From positions 16,928,001-16,992,000 of the forward strand of contig CM052816.1 of the NCBI GenBank assembly GCA_028534125.1: 64,000 bases of DNA, given 5' to 3'. Shown here piece after piece: positions 36,273 through 47,662 of this stretch. Every line of letters starts with the position of its first letter. Position 1 is the first letter of the stretch. The position numbers were made by a program, and so were the translations under genes. Under the pieces are notes generated by a model. It had not been told where the DNA came from. It saw only the letters and a list, made by a program, of their open reading frames with translations, and did no database searches. The stretch is from Lama glama (lineage: Eukaryota).

Positions 36273-39200
36273 TCTTTTTTCCCTGCTTTTTAATTTTTGT
36301 AAATTTTTCCTTTTTTTTTAGTTGAAGTAGTCAGTTTACAGTGTGCCAAGTTCTGGTATACGCCATAATGTTTCAGTCATTCACATACATACATATATTC
36401 CTTTTCATATTCTTTTTCGTTATAGGTTACTACAAGATATTGACTATGGTTCCCTGTGCTATATAGAAGAAACTTGTTGTTTATCTATTTTGTATATAGT
36501 AGTTAGTATCTGCAAATCTTAAACTCCCAATTTATCCCTTCTCATCTCCTTTACCCCCAGTAACCATAAGTTTGTTTTCTGCATCTGTGAGTTTGTTTCT
36601 GTTTTATAAATAAGTTCATTTTTGTCTTTTTTTTTTTAGATTCCACATATAAGTGATATCATAAGGTATTTCTATTTCCAGCTTACTTCACTTAGAATGA
36701 TGATCTCCAGGTCTACCCATGTTGCCACTAATGGCATTATTTTATTCTTTTTGATGGCTGAGTAGTATTCCATTATATGTATATGTATATATGTATGTAT
36801 GTGTATATGTATGTGTGTGTTTGTATGTGTATATGTATGTATGTGTGTGTGTGTATATATATATATATGTGTGTGTATTTACTACACATATATGTATATA
36901 TATGTATATTTACTACAACTTTTTTATCTAGTCATCTATTGATGGACATTTAGGTTACTTCCATGTCTTGGCTATTGTAAATAGTACTGCTATGAACATT
37001 GAGGTGCGTATATCTTTTCAAATTAGAGTTCCCTTTGGATATATGTCCAGGAGTGGGATTGCTGGGTAATATGGTAAGTCTGTTTTTGGTTTTTTAAGTA
37101 ACCTCCATACTGTCCTTCATAGTGGCTGTACCAATTTATATTCCCACCAACAGTGTAGGAGGGTTCTCTTTTCTCCACACCCTCTCCAGCATTTATTATT
37201 TGCAGATTTTTTAACTGATGGACATTCTGACTGGTGTGAGGTGATATGTCACTGTAGTTTTGATTTGCATTTCTCTAATAATTAGTGATGTTGAGTATCT
37301 TCTCATGTGCCTGTTGGCCATCTAGATATCTTCTTTGAAGAAATGTCAGTTTAGGTCTTCTGTCCATTTTTTATTGGGTTGCTTGTTTTTTTATATTAAG
37401 CTGTATGAGCTGTTTGTATATTTTATGAATTAGTCCCTGTTGGTTGCAGCATTTGCAAGTATTTTCTCCTCAAGTTTAATTAGGTCCCATTTATTTGTTT
37501 TTGCTTTTATTTCCATTACTCTAGGAGCTAGTTTGAAAAAAAATAGTGCCATGATTTATGTCAAAGGGTGTTCTGCCTATGTTTTCCTCTAGGAGTTTTA
37601 GAGTAATCCGGTCTTACATTTAGGTCTTTAATCCATTTAAAGTTTATTTTTGTATATGATGTTAGAGAATGTTCTAATTTAATTCTTTTGCCTGTAGCTG
37701 TCCAATTTTCCCGGCACCACTTAGTGAAGAGACTGTTTTTTTCTCCATTATATATTCTTGCCTCTCTGTTGTATATTAATTGAGCATAAGTGCATGGATT
37801 TATTTCTAGACTCTCTGTCCTGTTCCGTTGATCTATGTGTCTGTTTTTGTGCCAGTACCATACTGTTTTGATTACTGTAGTTTTGTAGTATACTTTGAAA
37901 TCAGGGAGTGTGATACCTCCAGCTCTCTTCTTCTTTCTCAAGATTGTTTTGGCTAATCAAGGTCTTTTGTGTTTCCATACAAATCTTGGGATTTGTTCTA
38001 GTTCTGTGAAAAATGCCATGGGTATTTTGATAGGGATTGCATTGACTCTGTTAATTTGTCTTGGGTAGTACGATCATTTTAACAATGTTAATTATTCTAT
38101 TCCATGAACAAAGTTATCTTTCCATTTGTGTCTACAATTTCATTCATCAACGTATTATAGTTGTCTGAGTACAGATCTTTTATTTATTTTTGTTTTGTTC
38201 TGGGGGGTAGGTAATTAGGTTTGTTTGTTTGTTTATTTACTTATTTATTTATTTTAATTTTTTTAATGGAGGTACTGGAGATTGAACCCAGGACCTCATA
38301 TATGCTAGGCATACACTCTACCACTGAGCTATACCCTCCCCCATGCTATACCGTCCCCCTGACCCCAAGTCTTTTAAATCTCCTTAGTTAGATTTATTTA
38401 TAGGTATTTTATTCTTTTTGATGTAATTGTAAGTGGGATTGGTTTCTTAACTTCTCTTTTTGCTTGTACATTGTTAGTATATGGAAACGCAACAGATTTC
38501 TGTATTAAATTTGCACCTGTGTTTGTATTTTGCACCTTCATTGAATTCCTTTATCCGTTCTTTATAGTTTTATGGTGGTGGTTTTAGGATTTTCTCTGTA
38601 TAGTGTCATGTCATCTTCAAACAGTGAGAGTTTTAATTCTTTTGAATTCCCTTTACTTCTTTTTCTTGACTGCTGTGGCTAGGAATTTTAATACTATACT
38701 GAATAAAAGTGGCATTTTTTTTAATACATGATGTGCTTTTATTTGTAAAAAAAATCTTCCCTACTTATGCAAAGAATATTGAATCTTATTTTCTTTCTAT
38801 GTTTGGAATTCTGGCTGAGCTAAAAGTGGACATTCTTGTATGATGTTAGCTGTGGGCTTGTCATATATGGCCTTTATTATGTTGAAGTATGTTCCCTCTA
38901 TATCCACTTTGTTGAGAATTTTTATTGTGAATGGCTGTTGAATTTCGACAAAAGATTTTCTTCATCTATTGAGATGATCATATGATTTTTATTCTTCAGT
39001 TTGTTAATGTGCTGTGTCACACTGAGTTGCAGGTATTGAACCATCCCTTTTAATGTATTGTTCAATTCAGTTTTCTAGTATTTTATTGAAGATTTTTGTG
39101 TCTAGATTCATCAGTGATACTTCCCTGTAATTTTCTTTATCGATAGTGTTTTTGTCTGGTTTTGGTATTAGGGTGATGCTGGATTGGTAGAATGAGTTTG

Positions 39201-42200
39201 GAAGCATTCTTTCCTCTTTAATTTTTTGGAATAGTTTGAGAAGGATAGGTGTTAAGAATTCTTTTTATATTAGTTACATCAACCTTTGAACATATTTGCT
39301 GCAAAAATATTTTACTTTTTGTTTAACTTTCAGTTTTGCCTTTTAAATGATATTCAATAAGTCAAACTTTGACTTTTTTTCTTATTGTGAGTTTTACTTA
39401 CCACCTAAGTTTGGGAAGTTCTATTTCACTGAAAATTTTGCTGAATATTCACTTTTGTTTTTCTTCTACTTTTTTTTTTTAATATTTAACTTTGTGTCTG
39501 GAATTTACTTTTGTATATATCACAAGATGAAGATCTAAAGTGATTTTTTTTTAATTGTTGTCCTTGTACATTGATTTGTGAAGTCTCACTTATTACTTAT
39601 TAAATTCGGTTTCTGGGCATGTATTCTGTTACATGGATCTGTAAGTTCTAATAGCAGTACCACAATATACAATTGTTTTAATATTATTTTCAGCTCTTCT
39701 GTATATACTTAACAGTTTTTAAAAAAAATTTTGTGGTAAATATAAATAAGATAAACTTTGCCATTTTTAACCATTTTCAAGTGTGCATTTTGGTGGCATC
39801 AATTATAATCACAATGTTGTATAGCCATCATCACTACCTATTTCCAGAACTTTTTCATCACCCTAAACTGCAACTGTAACCATTAAGCAATAAGTCCCCT
39901 TACCTTCTTCACCCAGCCCCTAGTATCATCCTCTTGTCTACTTTTTGTCTCCATGAATTTGCCTATTCTAGATATTTCATATTGGAATCATAATAATATT
40001 TGTTCTTTTGTGTTTGGTTTATGTCACTTTTCATAATTTTTCAAAGTTCACTCATGGTAGTAGCATGTGTAGAATTTCATTCCTTTTTTGATTGAATAAG
40101 ATTGGATTATATGTGTATTATCAAATTTTATTTATCCATTTGTCTGTTGATGGATTCTTGGGTTCTTTCTACTTTCTGGCTATTGTGCATAATGTTGCAG
40201 TGAACACTGGTGTTTGAGTACCTGTTTTCAATTCTTTGGAGGTATATACCTAAGAGTGGATTTTCTAGGTCATATGTTAATTCTAAATTTAGCTTTTTGA
40301 GGAACCCACAAAGCACTGTATGAGTTTCAATTTCTCCATGTCCCAGCTAACACTTTTTCTTTTTCTCTTCCTTCCTTCCTTCCTTCCTTGCTTGCTTCCT
40401 TCCAACCACCCCTCCTAGTATATGTGAAATGGCCTATCATTGTGGTTTTGGTATGCATCTCCCTAATGACAATCCTTTTCATGTGCTTATTGACCATTTG
40501 TATATTTTCTTTGGAGAAATGCCTATTCAAATTTAAGTTCTTTGCCCATTTTTTTTAACATTTTTTATTGATTTATAATCATTTTACAATGTTGTGTCAA
40601 ATTCCAGTGTTCAGCACAATTTTTCAGTCATTCATGGACATATACACACTCATTGTCACATTTTTTTCTCTGTGAGTTATCATAACATTTTGTGTATATT
40701 TCCCTGTGCTATACAGTATTATCTTGTTTATCTATTCTACAATTTTGAAATCCCAGTCTATCCCTTCCCACCCTCCACCCACCTGGCAACCACAAGTCTG
40801 TATTCTATGTCTATGAGTCTATTTCTGTCCTGTATTTATGCTTTGTTTTTGTTTGTTTTTTTTGTTTTTGGTTTTGTTTTTTAGATTCCACATATGAGCG
40901 ATCTCATATGGCATTTTTCTTTCTTTCTGGCTTACTTCACTTAGAATGACATTCTCCAGGAGCATCCATGTTGCTGCAAATGGCATTATGTTGTCGGTTT
41001 TTATGGCTGAGTAGTATTCCATTGTATAAATATACCACCTCTTCTTTATCCAGTCACCTGTTGATGGCCATTTAGGCTGTTTCCATGTTTTGGCTATTGT
41101 AAATAGTGCTGCTATGAACATTGGGGTGCAGGTGTCATCCTTAAGTAGGGTTCCTTCTGGATACAAGCCCAGGAGTGGGATTCCTGGGTCATATGGTAAG
41201 TCTATTCCTAGTCTTTTGAGGAATCTCCACACTGTTTTCCATAGTGGCTGCACCAAACTGCATTCCCACCAGCAGTGAAGGAGGGTTCCCCTTTCTCCAC
41301 AGCCTCTCCAGCATTTGTCATTTGTGGATTTTTGAATGACGTCTTTGCCCATTTTTGATTGGTATTTATTGGGGGACAGTGTAACTCAAGCAGTAGAGCC
41401 CACACTTCGCATGCTCAAGGTCCTGGGTTCAATCCCCGGTACCTCCTCTAAAAGTAAATAAGCCTAATTACCTCCCCACAGCCAAAAAAAAAATTTTTTT
41501 TGAATGTTCTTAATTGGTATATGTTGTTGAGTTGTAGGAATTCTTTATATGTTGTAGTTTTTAAACCCTTATCGGGCATATGATTTGCAAATATATGCAC
41601 CTTTTCTATAGGTTGTTCTTTCACTTTCTTAATATCCTTAAGATGTATGAAAATTTTGAAATTTTGATAAAATTAATTTTTCTTTTTTTTCTTTTGTTGC
41701 CTAATGCTTTTGGTGTCATATCTAAGAATCCATTGTCAAATTCAAGGCCATGAAGATTTACTCCTATGTTTTCTCCTAAAGTTTTAATGGTTTTAGCTCT
41801 TATATTTAGATTGTTGATCCATTTTGAATTAATTTTTACATAGGGTGTGACATAAGGGTCCAACTTCATTCTTCTGCATGTAGAACTCCAGTTTTCCACT
41901 ACCATCTGTTGAAGAGACTGTATTTCCTCCATTGAATGGACTTGATGTCATTGTCAAAAGTCAGTTGGCCATATATGTATAGGATTATTTCTGGGCTCTC
42001 ACTTTTGGCCCATTGGACTGTATGTCTCTGCATATGCCACACTGTTTTGATTACTGTAGCTTTATAGAAGATTTTGACATTGGGAAGAACAAAATTGGAA
42101 AATTCTCCAACTTTTTTTTTTCTTTTTCATGATTGTTTTGTCTATCTGAAGCTCCTTGAAATGCCATATGAATTTGAGGATTAACTTTTCCATTTCTACA

Positions 42201-43318
42201 AAAATACTGTTGGAAATTTGATAGGGATTGTGTTGAATCTACAGGTCACTTTGAATAAATAGTATTGACATCTTAACATCTTAGCAATATTCAGTCTTTC
42301 TATCCATGAACATGGGATGTCTTTCCATTTATTTAGGTCTTTAAATTTCTTTCTGTAGTGTTTTATTATGTGCAGTACACAGGTTGGTTAAATTTATTCC
42401 TAGATATTTTTTCAAGACTATTATAAATGAAAGTGGCTCCTTAATTTCATTTTTGAATCATTAATTGTGTATTGATCTTGTAACCTACAACTTTGCCATA
42501 TGCATTTATTAGCTCTAGTAGCTTTCTTATGGATTCTTCTATACTGATATACCTTGGAGATATTGTGAGTTAGGTTTCAGATCACCACAATAAAGCAAAT
42601 ACTGCAATAAAGCAAGTCACATGAATGTTTTGGTTCCCAATATCCATAAGCTATGTTTATGTTATACTGTAGTTTATTAAGTGTGCAATTACATTGTGTC
42701 CAAAAAAATACACATACTTTAATTTTAAAATACTTTATTGCTAAAAAATGCTAACCATTATCTGAGCCTTCAGCAAGTTGTAATTTTTTGGTAATGGTAA
42801 CATCAAAGATCACTGATCATAGACCACCATAAAAATATAATAATGAAGAAGTTTGAAATACCAAATAGGACATGGAGACATGAAGTGAGTAAATACTGCT
42901 GGAAAAATGGTGCTAATAAACTTGCTCAATGCAGAGTTGCCACAAATATTCAATTTGTAAAAAAAAAAAATCTTCAAAGAGCAATAAAATCAGGTATTCC
43001 TGTATATAGGATCATGTCATCCGCAAATGGACATAGTTTTACTTTCTTTTCCAATTTGAATGTATACTTGACAAGCTTGCATAATGTAATACTTAGTGTT
43101 TCAATTTGTAATGGTTATTTTCTTAATATTCTTAAAGTGATTTTGAAAACTGTTTAAGTTTTAAATTGATATATAATGTAGAAAATATTTAAATGTTTAT
43201 TAACTTAAGGGTTTTTCTTTCTTTTTTTCCATAGATTTGGCTAGCTGATTGGCTGCTGAAAAATAATCCCAACAAACCTAAACTTTGTCATCATCCAATT
43301 CCAGAAGAACCTCATTAA
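22510..43318 (+). CDS. NME5: NME5 (NME/NM23 family member 5, radial spoke protein), 212 aa; join 22510-22638,27029-27234,27894-27994,33070-33188,43235-43318
   Basis: 129+206+101+119+84=639 nt; NDK-like domain ([16 protein letters not shown]) plus C-terminal Dpy-30-like motif ([27 protein letters not shown]). Confidence 0.97.
23660..24720 (+). mobile_element. Old L1 (L1M-type) ORF2 3' and 3'UTR fragment
   Basis: Degenerate ORF2 motifs (ataaattccaaatggat, ctagaagaaaa, atactatgcaact). Confidence 0.65.
24825..24910. repeat. AT-rich low-complexity repeat (AAATATATT)n
   Basis: Direct inspection. Confidence 0.85.
24978..25260 (-). mobile_element. L1MA/MB-type 3'UTR fragment
   Basis: aacataaaatttaccattttaaccatttttaagtg signature. 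Confidence 0.75.
27029..27234 (+). CDS. NME5: NME5 exon ([15 protein letters not shown]...KETHPD)
   Basis: tatag|AGA ... AG|gtaact. Confidence 0.96.
27894..27994 (+). CDS. NME5: NME5 exon ([17 protein letters not shown]...FMFPA)
   Basis: tttag|T ... G|gtgagt. Confidence 0.96.
29770..31590 (+). mobile_element. L1 (L1M-type) ORF2 C-terminal half and 3'UTR
   Basis: Degenerate ORF2 ([15 protein letters not shown]...), accacaatgagataccac, A-rich end near 31560-31590. Confidence 0.85.
31600..32050 (-). mobile_element. Degenerate L2 fragment
   Basis: ctgctgtcatggagtttatagtctagt, gacattttagctgaga, gcaagtgctaaag. Confidence 0.55.
33070..33188 (+). CDS. NME5: NME5 exon ([15 protein letters not shown]...KPADPF)
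   Basis: tgcag|TG ... TTT|gtaaga. Confidence 0.96.
33337..33552. mobile_element. MER8/Tigger2-family MITE
   Basis: Terminal inverted repeats ttgacccttgag / ctcaagggttaa, TA-flanked. Confidence 0.8.
34045..34172 (-). mobile_element. tRNA-derived SINE (camelid vic-1-like)
   Basis: Reverse complement gives tatagctcagtggtagaatgcatgcttaag...gtcctgggt...agtacctt plus an A-rich tail. Confidence 0.8.
34325..34500 (+). mobile_element. MIR SINE fragment
   Basis: cctaacctctctctgagtctgttt...gtgcctggcacataagtgctcaa. Confidence 0.7.
34745..35195 (-). mobile_element. L1 3' end with TSD
   Basis: TSD tgtactaataaacaccttt (34726-34744) / tgtagtaataaacatcttt (35196-35214). Confidence 0.8.
35780..36234 (-). 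mobile_element. L1 3'UTR fragment
   Basis: tagttgatttacaatgtt, agattccacatat, cttacttcactt signatures. Confidence 0.8.
36235..36271. repeat. (GT)n microsatellite
   Basis: Direct inspection. Confidence 0.95.
36310..39255 (-). mobile_element. L1 3'UTR and ORF2 fragments (with a TA/TG microsatellite at 36775-36910 and a nested SINE)
   Basis: ORF 37561-37941 [14 protein letters not shown]...[11 protein letters not shown] is L1 ORF2. Confidence 0.9.
38182..38345 (-). mobile_element. tRNA-derived SINE (vic-1-like) nested in L1
   Basis: Reverse complement ggggagggtatagctcagtggtagagt...gtcctgggttcaatctccagtacctcc. Confidence 0.85.
40554..41341 (-). mobile_element. Young 5'-truncated L1 with perfect 15-bp TSD
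   Basis: tctttgcccattttt at 40539-40553 and 41342-41356; open ORF2 C-terminus ([18 protein letters not shown]...). Confidence 0.92.
41371..41493 (+). mobile_element. tRNA-derived SINE (vic-1-like)
   Basis: B-box gggttcaatccc, cctaattacctcccc and A tail. Confidence 0.8.
42544..43002 (-). mobile_element. Internally deleted Tigger1-family DNA transposon
   Basis: TA-flanked; ends resemble Tigger1 termini (ataccttggagatattg... / gcaataaaatcaggtattcctg). Confidence 0.8.
43235..43318 (+). CDS. NME5: NME5 terminal coding exon ([27 protein letters not shown])
   Basis: catag|ATT ... TAA. Confidence 0.96.
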   Translation: MWLADWLLKNNPNKPKLCHHPIPEEPH

Positions 43319-43445
43319 AATAAAGTTCCTTGAAGAACAAATAATGAACTATTTTACTGTGAAAGGCATGCTTCTACTTAAGAAAAAAATAATTGCTAAG
43401 GGTTTAAGTAACTACATGTAAAATAAATTATTTCTTAAAAATAAA
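43319..43445 (+). terminator. NME5: Cluster of NME5 polyadenylation signals
   Basis: AATAAA at 43319, 43422 and 43440. Confidence 0.6.
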
Positions 43446-43515
43446 TTTTAAAATAACTGTTTTGTACAATAGGTAACATTATCTAAGGTAAAATATAGGC
43501 TTAGGGTGTGATTTT

Positions 43516-43922
43516 TTTTTTCTAATAAGAAAATTATATTAGAAGGATTTAGAATGTCATCAAAACAACCGCAACTTTTTATTTTTGGTATTACAAAGTG
43601 GCATTCACTTAAGAGAATAACAATTAAGTCATATAAGATGCATCAGAGAGGCAAATGAAGATGAAAAAACTGCCATCCCCATGTATAACTGATTTTTGCT
43701 GTACATCAACAAGAATCTACTTCAGATTTCTGTGGCAATTTACAACCCCCATAATGTACCAGGCAAGGTTAGTAGCTATTGAAAATACCACCAGGACAGG
43801 GCTACCTAAAGACACTTTTGGTAATATGTTAACTATACAAAAAAATGCTATGCAGTTTAAAAACCAGACTTGCACAGGTTTACATTTTATTTTACTTTTT
43901 TCTTTAAAAAGAGTGAGTTGTG
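43516..43922 (-). pseudogene. HMGB1: HMGB1 processed pseudogene, 3'UTR part with poly(A) remnant
   Basis: Reverse complement matches the recalled HMGB1 3'UTR (tagccctgtcctggtggtattttcaatagc..., gggggttgtaaattg); T-run 43512-43521; continues the sequence broken at 47663. Confidence 0.85.
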
Positions 43923-46900
43923 GATGATTTCCAGCCAAGATGGTATAGTCATAGGATCATGAGCTCGCCTCTCCTTGTAACAAAAGCAAAACCACAACTG
44001 ACTGCTAAACAACCATTGGAAACAATAAAAGACTGGAACCTAGCAAAAAAGATCTTCCTCAACTGGAAACAGAGAGAGGAAACTACAGCAGGACGGTAGG
44101 AGGGGTGTGTTCGTGATATTATCGGGCCCCATACACCCAGGGTGGGCGACCCACAAAGTAAAGAATAATTAATTCACAGAGGCCCTCCCACAGGAGTGAG
44201 ATTTCTGAGCCCCATATCAGGCTCCCCAGCCCAGGGTTCTGGCACTGGGATGAGAAGGAGACCCCAGGACATCTAGTTTTGAAGGCCAGTGGGGCTTAAC
44301 TCCAGGAGCCCCATGGGACTGGGGGAAACAGAGACTTCATTCTTTTGGGAAGTATACACAGAATCTTGGGTTTGCCAGGTCCAAGGGCAGAGGCAGTGAT
44401 TTCAAAGGAACGTGGGCCAGACCTGCTTGCTGGTTTTGGAGGGTCTCCTGGGGAGGTAGGGGATGGCTGCGCCTCACCCAGGGGACATATAAGCTGCTGG
44501 GGGGCATTCTGGGAGTGTTCATCTACATGACCTTTCCTAGAGGCTGACATCTTGATTGGATCATTAGCACCAACACCTAGCCCCACCCAATAGCCTGTAG
44601 GCTTAAGGGCTAGGAAGCCTCAAGTAAATATACTGGTTGGGAACACAGCCCCACCCATCAGCAGACTTCCTGAGCCACGGATGCCTCAAGACTAGGCCTA
44701 GGACCACAAGAGGTCTAGGACCAAGCTTTACCCATCAGTGGGCAGACACTGACTCCTTCTGCCAGGAAACCTGCATAAGCCTCTAGTCCAGCCTCATATA
44801 CCAGGGGACAGATACTGGAAATAAGAAAATGATCCCAAAGCCTGTGGAAGGAATCCACAAGCACAGGCCAGACTCTACATTGGGACCAGCTGGACTCTAG
44901 CCCTTGAGTGACAAGAGAGGAGTGTACTGCTGGGACACATAGGATGTCTCCCACAGAGGGCCAGTTCTCCAAGGTTGAGAAATGTAACTAACCCACCTAA
45001 AAATACAAATAGAAAGATAGACACTAAGGTGGCAGAGGAATATCTTCCTAACCAAGGCACAAGATAAAATCCCAGAAGAAAAGTGATGAGGAGATAGGCA
45101 ATTTATCTGAGAAAGAGTTTAAAGTAATGATGGCGAAAATGTTCAGAGAACTCAAGAGTATAGATGCACAGAATGAAGTTTTTAGCAAAGAGTTGGAAAT
45201 ATAAAGAATACCCAAACAGAGTTGAAGAATAAAATCACTGAAATGAATAACACACTAGAAGGAACCAAGAATAGACTAAATGAGGCAGAAGAATGGATCA
45301 GTGAACTAGAGGACAGATTAGTGAAAATTACTACTGCAGAACAGAAAAAAAAAAAAGAATGAAAAGAAAGAGGATAGTTTAAGAGAACTCTGGGACAATA
45401 TGAAGTGCACTAATATTTGTATTATAGGAGTCCCAGAAAGAGAAGAGAGAGGAAAGGACCTGAGACAATATTTGAAGAGGCAATAACAAAACTTCCCTAA
45501 CTTGGGAAAGGAAACAGTCACCCTAGTCCAGGAAGCTCAGAGAATTCCACACAGGATCAACCCAGAGGAATACACCAAGGCACATAGTAATCAAATTGAC
45601 ACAATTAATTAAAGATAAGGAGAAGATATTAAAGTTGGCAAGAGAAAAGTAACAAATAAAAACAAAGGAACTCCCATAAGGTTATCAGCTGATTTTTCAG
45701 CAGAAACTCTATAGGCCAGGAGGGAGTGGCTCAATATATTTAAAGTGATAAAAGAGAAAAATTTAGAACCAAGAATACTCTATCGAACAAAGCTCTCGTT
45801 CAGATATGATGGAGAAATCAGAAGCTTCACAGATAAAACGAAAGCTAAAAGAATTCAGCACCACCAAACCAGCTTTACAACAAATGTTAAAGGAACTTTT
45901 CTAGTCATCAAACCACAAGAAAAGAGCAAAAGAGAGAGAGAAAAAAAAGACCTGCAAAAGATTGCTTTGGCAATTTGGGATCTTTCATGGTTCCATAAAA
46001 ATTTTGGAATTGTTTGTTCTAGTTCTGTGAAAAATGTCATGAGTATTTCAACTGGGGTTATATTGGCTCTATAGATTGCTTTGGGTAGTATGACTATTTT
46101 GATAATGTTGAGTCTTCGAATCCAAGAGCATAAGATATCTTTCCATTTCTTTGTATCATCTTCAATTTCCTTCATCAGTGTTTTACAGTTTTCAGAGTAT
46201 AGGCAGCCTCCTTGGTTAAGTTTATTTCTAGGTATTTTGTTGTTTTAGATGAGATGAAAATGTGCATGCTAGTTATAAAATTCTGGTTTTTTGAAGTGCA
46301 AAAAAAAAAAAGAAAGGGAGAATGAAGAGCCACAAATGGCAAAATATCCTTTTTTATGGGTGAGTTGTATTCCATTGCATATAATATACATGCTACATCA
46401 TCTTTACGCATTGATCTATTGATGTGCACTTAGGATGCTTCCGTGTCTTGGTGATTGTAAATAGTGCTGTTGTTAATACTGGGGTATATGTATCTTTTTG
46501 AATTAATGATTTTGTTTTTCTTGGGTATATGGCCAGGAGTGGTTCTGTTTTTGTGTTTTTGAGAAACCTCCATATTAATTTCCATAGTGTCTCCACCAAT
46601 TTACATTCCCACCAAGAGTGTACAAGGACTCCCTTTTCTCCACATCCTTGCCAACATTTGTTATTCGTGTTCTTTTTGACGATGGCCATTTTGACAGGTG
46701 TCTCATCATGATTTTGATTTGCATTTCCCTGATATTGGTGATTTTGAGCAGCTTTTCATGTTCCTATTGGCCATCTGCATTTCCTCTTTTGGAAAAATGC
46801 TCAGTTCTTCCGCCCATGTTTTTAATGGGTTGTTTGTTTGCTTTTTAATTGAAGTACAGTTGATTTAAAATGTTATATTAGTTTCTGGTGTACTGCGTGG

Positions 46901-47662
46901 ATGGACTTGGAGGGCATTATGCTAAGTGAAATAAGTCAGACAGAGAAAGACAAATACTGTAAGATGTCACTTACATGTGGAATCTAAAAAAATATAGCAA
47001 ACTAGTGAATATAACAGAAAAGAAACAGACTCAGATGTAGAGAAAGAACTAGTGGTTACCAGTGGGGAGAGGGAGAGGGGAGGGGCAAGATGGAGGTGGA
47101 GGATTAAGAGATACAAAACAAACTGTCAGGTATAAAATAAGCTACAAGGGTGTCTTGTACAATATGGGTAATATAACCAATGTTTTATAATAACTATAAA
47201 TGGAGTATAACCTTTAAAAATTGTGAATCACTATATTGTACACCTGTAACATAAAATTGTATGTCAACTATACTTCAGTTTTTAAAATATGATGTAAAAT
47301 AAATACATATAAGTTTAAAAAGGAGGCAGAAAATTTAAAAAAGCATTTATGAGACAGGAATTATAACATTAACTGCATATTTGATGATAATTAAGGGATT
47401 ATTAGATTTTTTAGGTGTGATGATAGCATTGTGGCAGTGTTTTCAGAAAGAGTTTCTATCTTTTAGACCTACACACTGAAGTATAAATACATATGTTATA
47501 AATAAAGTAGTATCTTGGATTTGCTGCAAAATAATCAGAAGAGGGAGGATGTATAACACAACAATAAATAGTTGATGGCTATTGTAGCTGGATGGTGGGC
47601 ACATGGAAATTGCAGTACAAGTCTCTACCTTTGTGTATAATAATAAATCCTTTTTTAAAGCT
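43923..47662 (+). mobile_element. Composite rearranged L1 insertion (5'UTR + ORF1 remnant, inverted ORF2 pieces, sense 3' end, extra 3' segment)
   Basis: ccaagatgg 5' end; ORF1-like peptide (KEKNLEPRILYRTKLSFRYDGEIRSFTDK); minus-strand ORF2 peptides; TSD 43907-43922 / 47663-47678 (15/16). Confidence 0.85.

Larger units (their letters stand above)
39720..43070 (-). mobile_element. Older L1 (L1MA/MB-type) interrupted by a younger L1, a SINE and a Tigger1 derivative
   Basis: ORF2-like peptides at 40128-40530 and 41621-41932; L1 sequence resumes after each nested insert. Confidence 0.8.

Noticed and set aside
40819..41352. 177-aa ORF as a host gene
   Set aside because: L1 ORF2 C-terminus of a 5'-truncated insertion with no promoter
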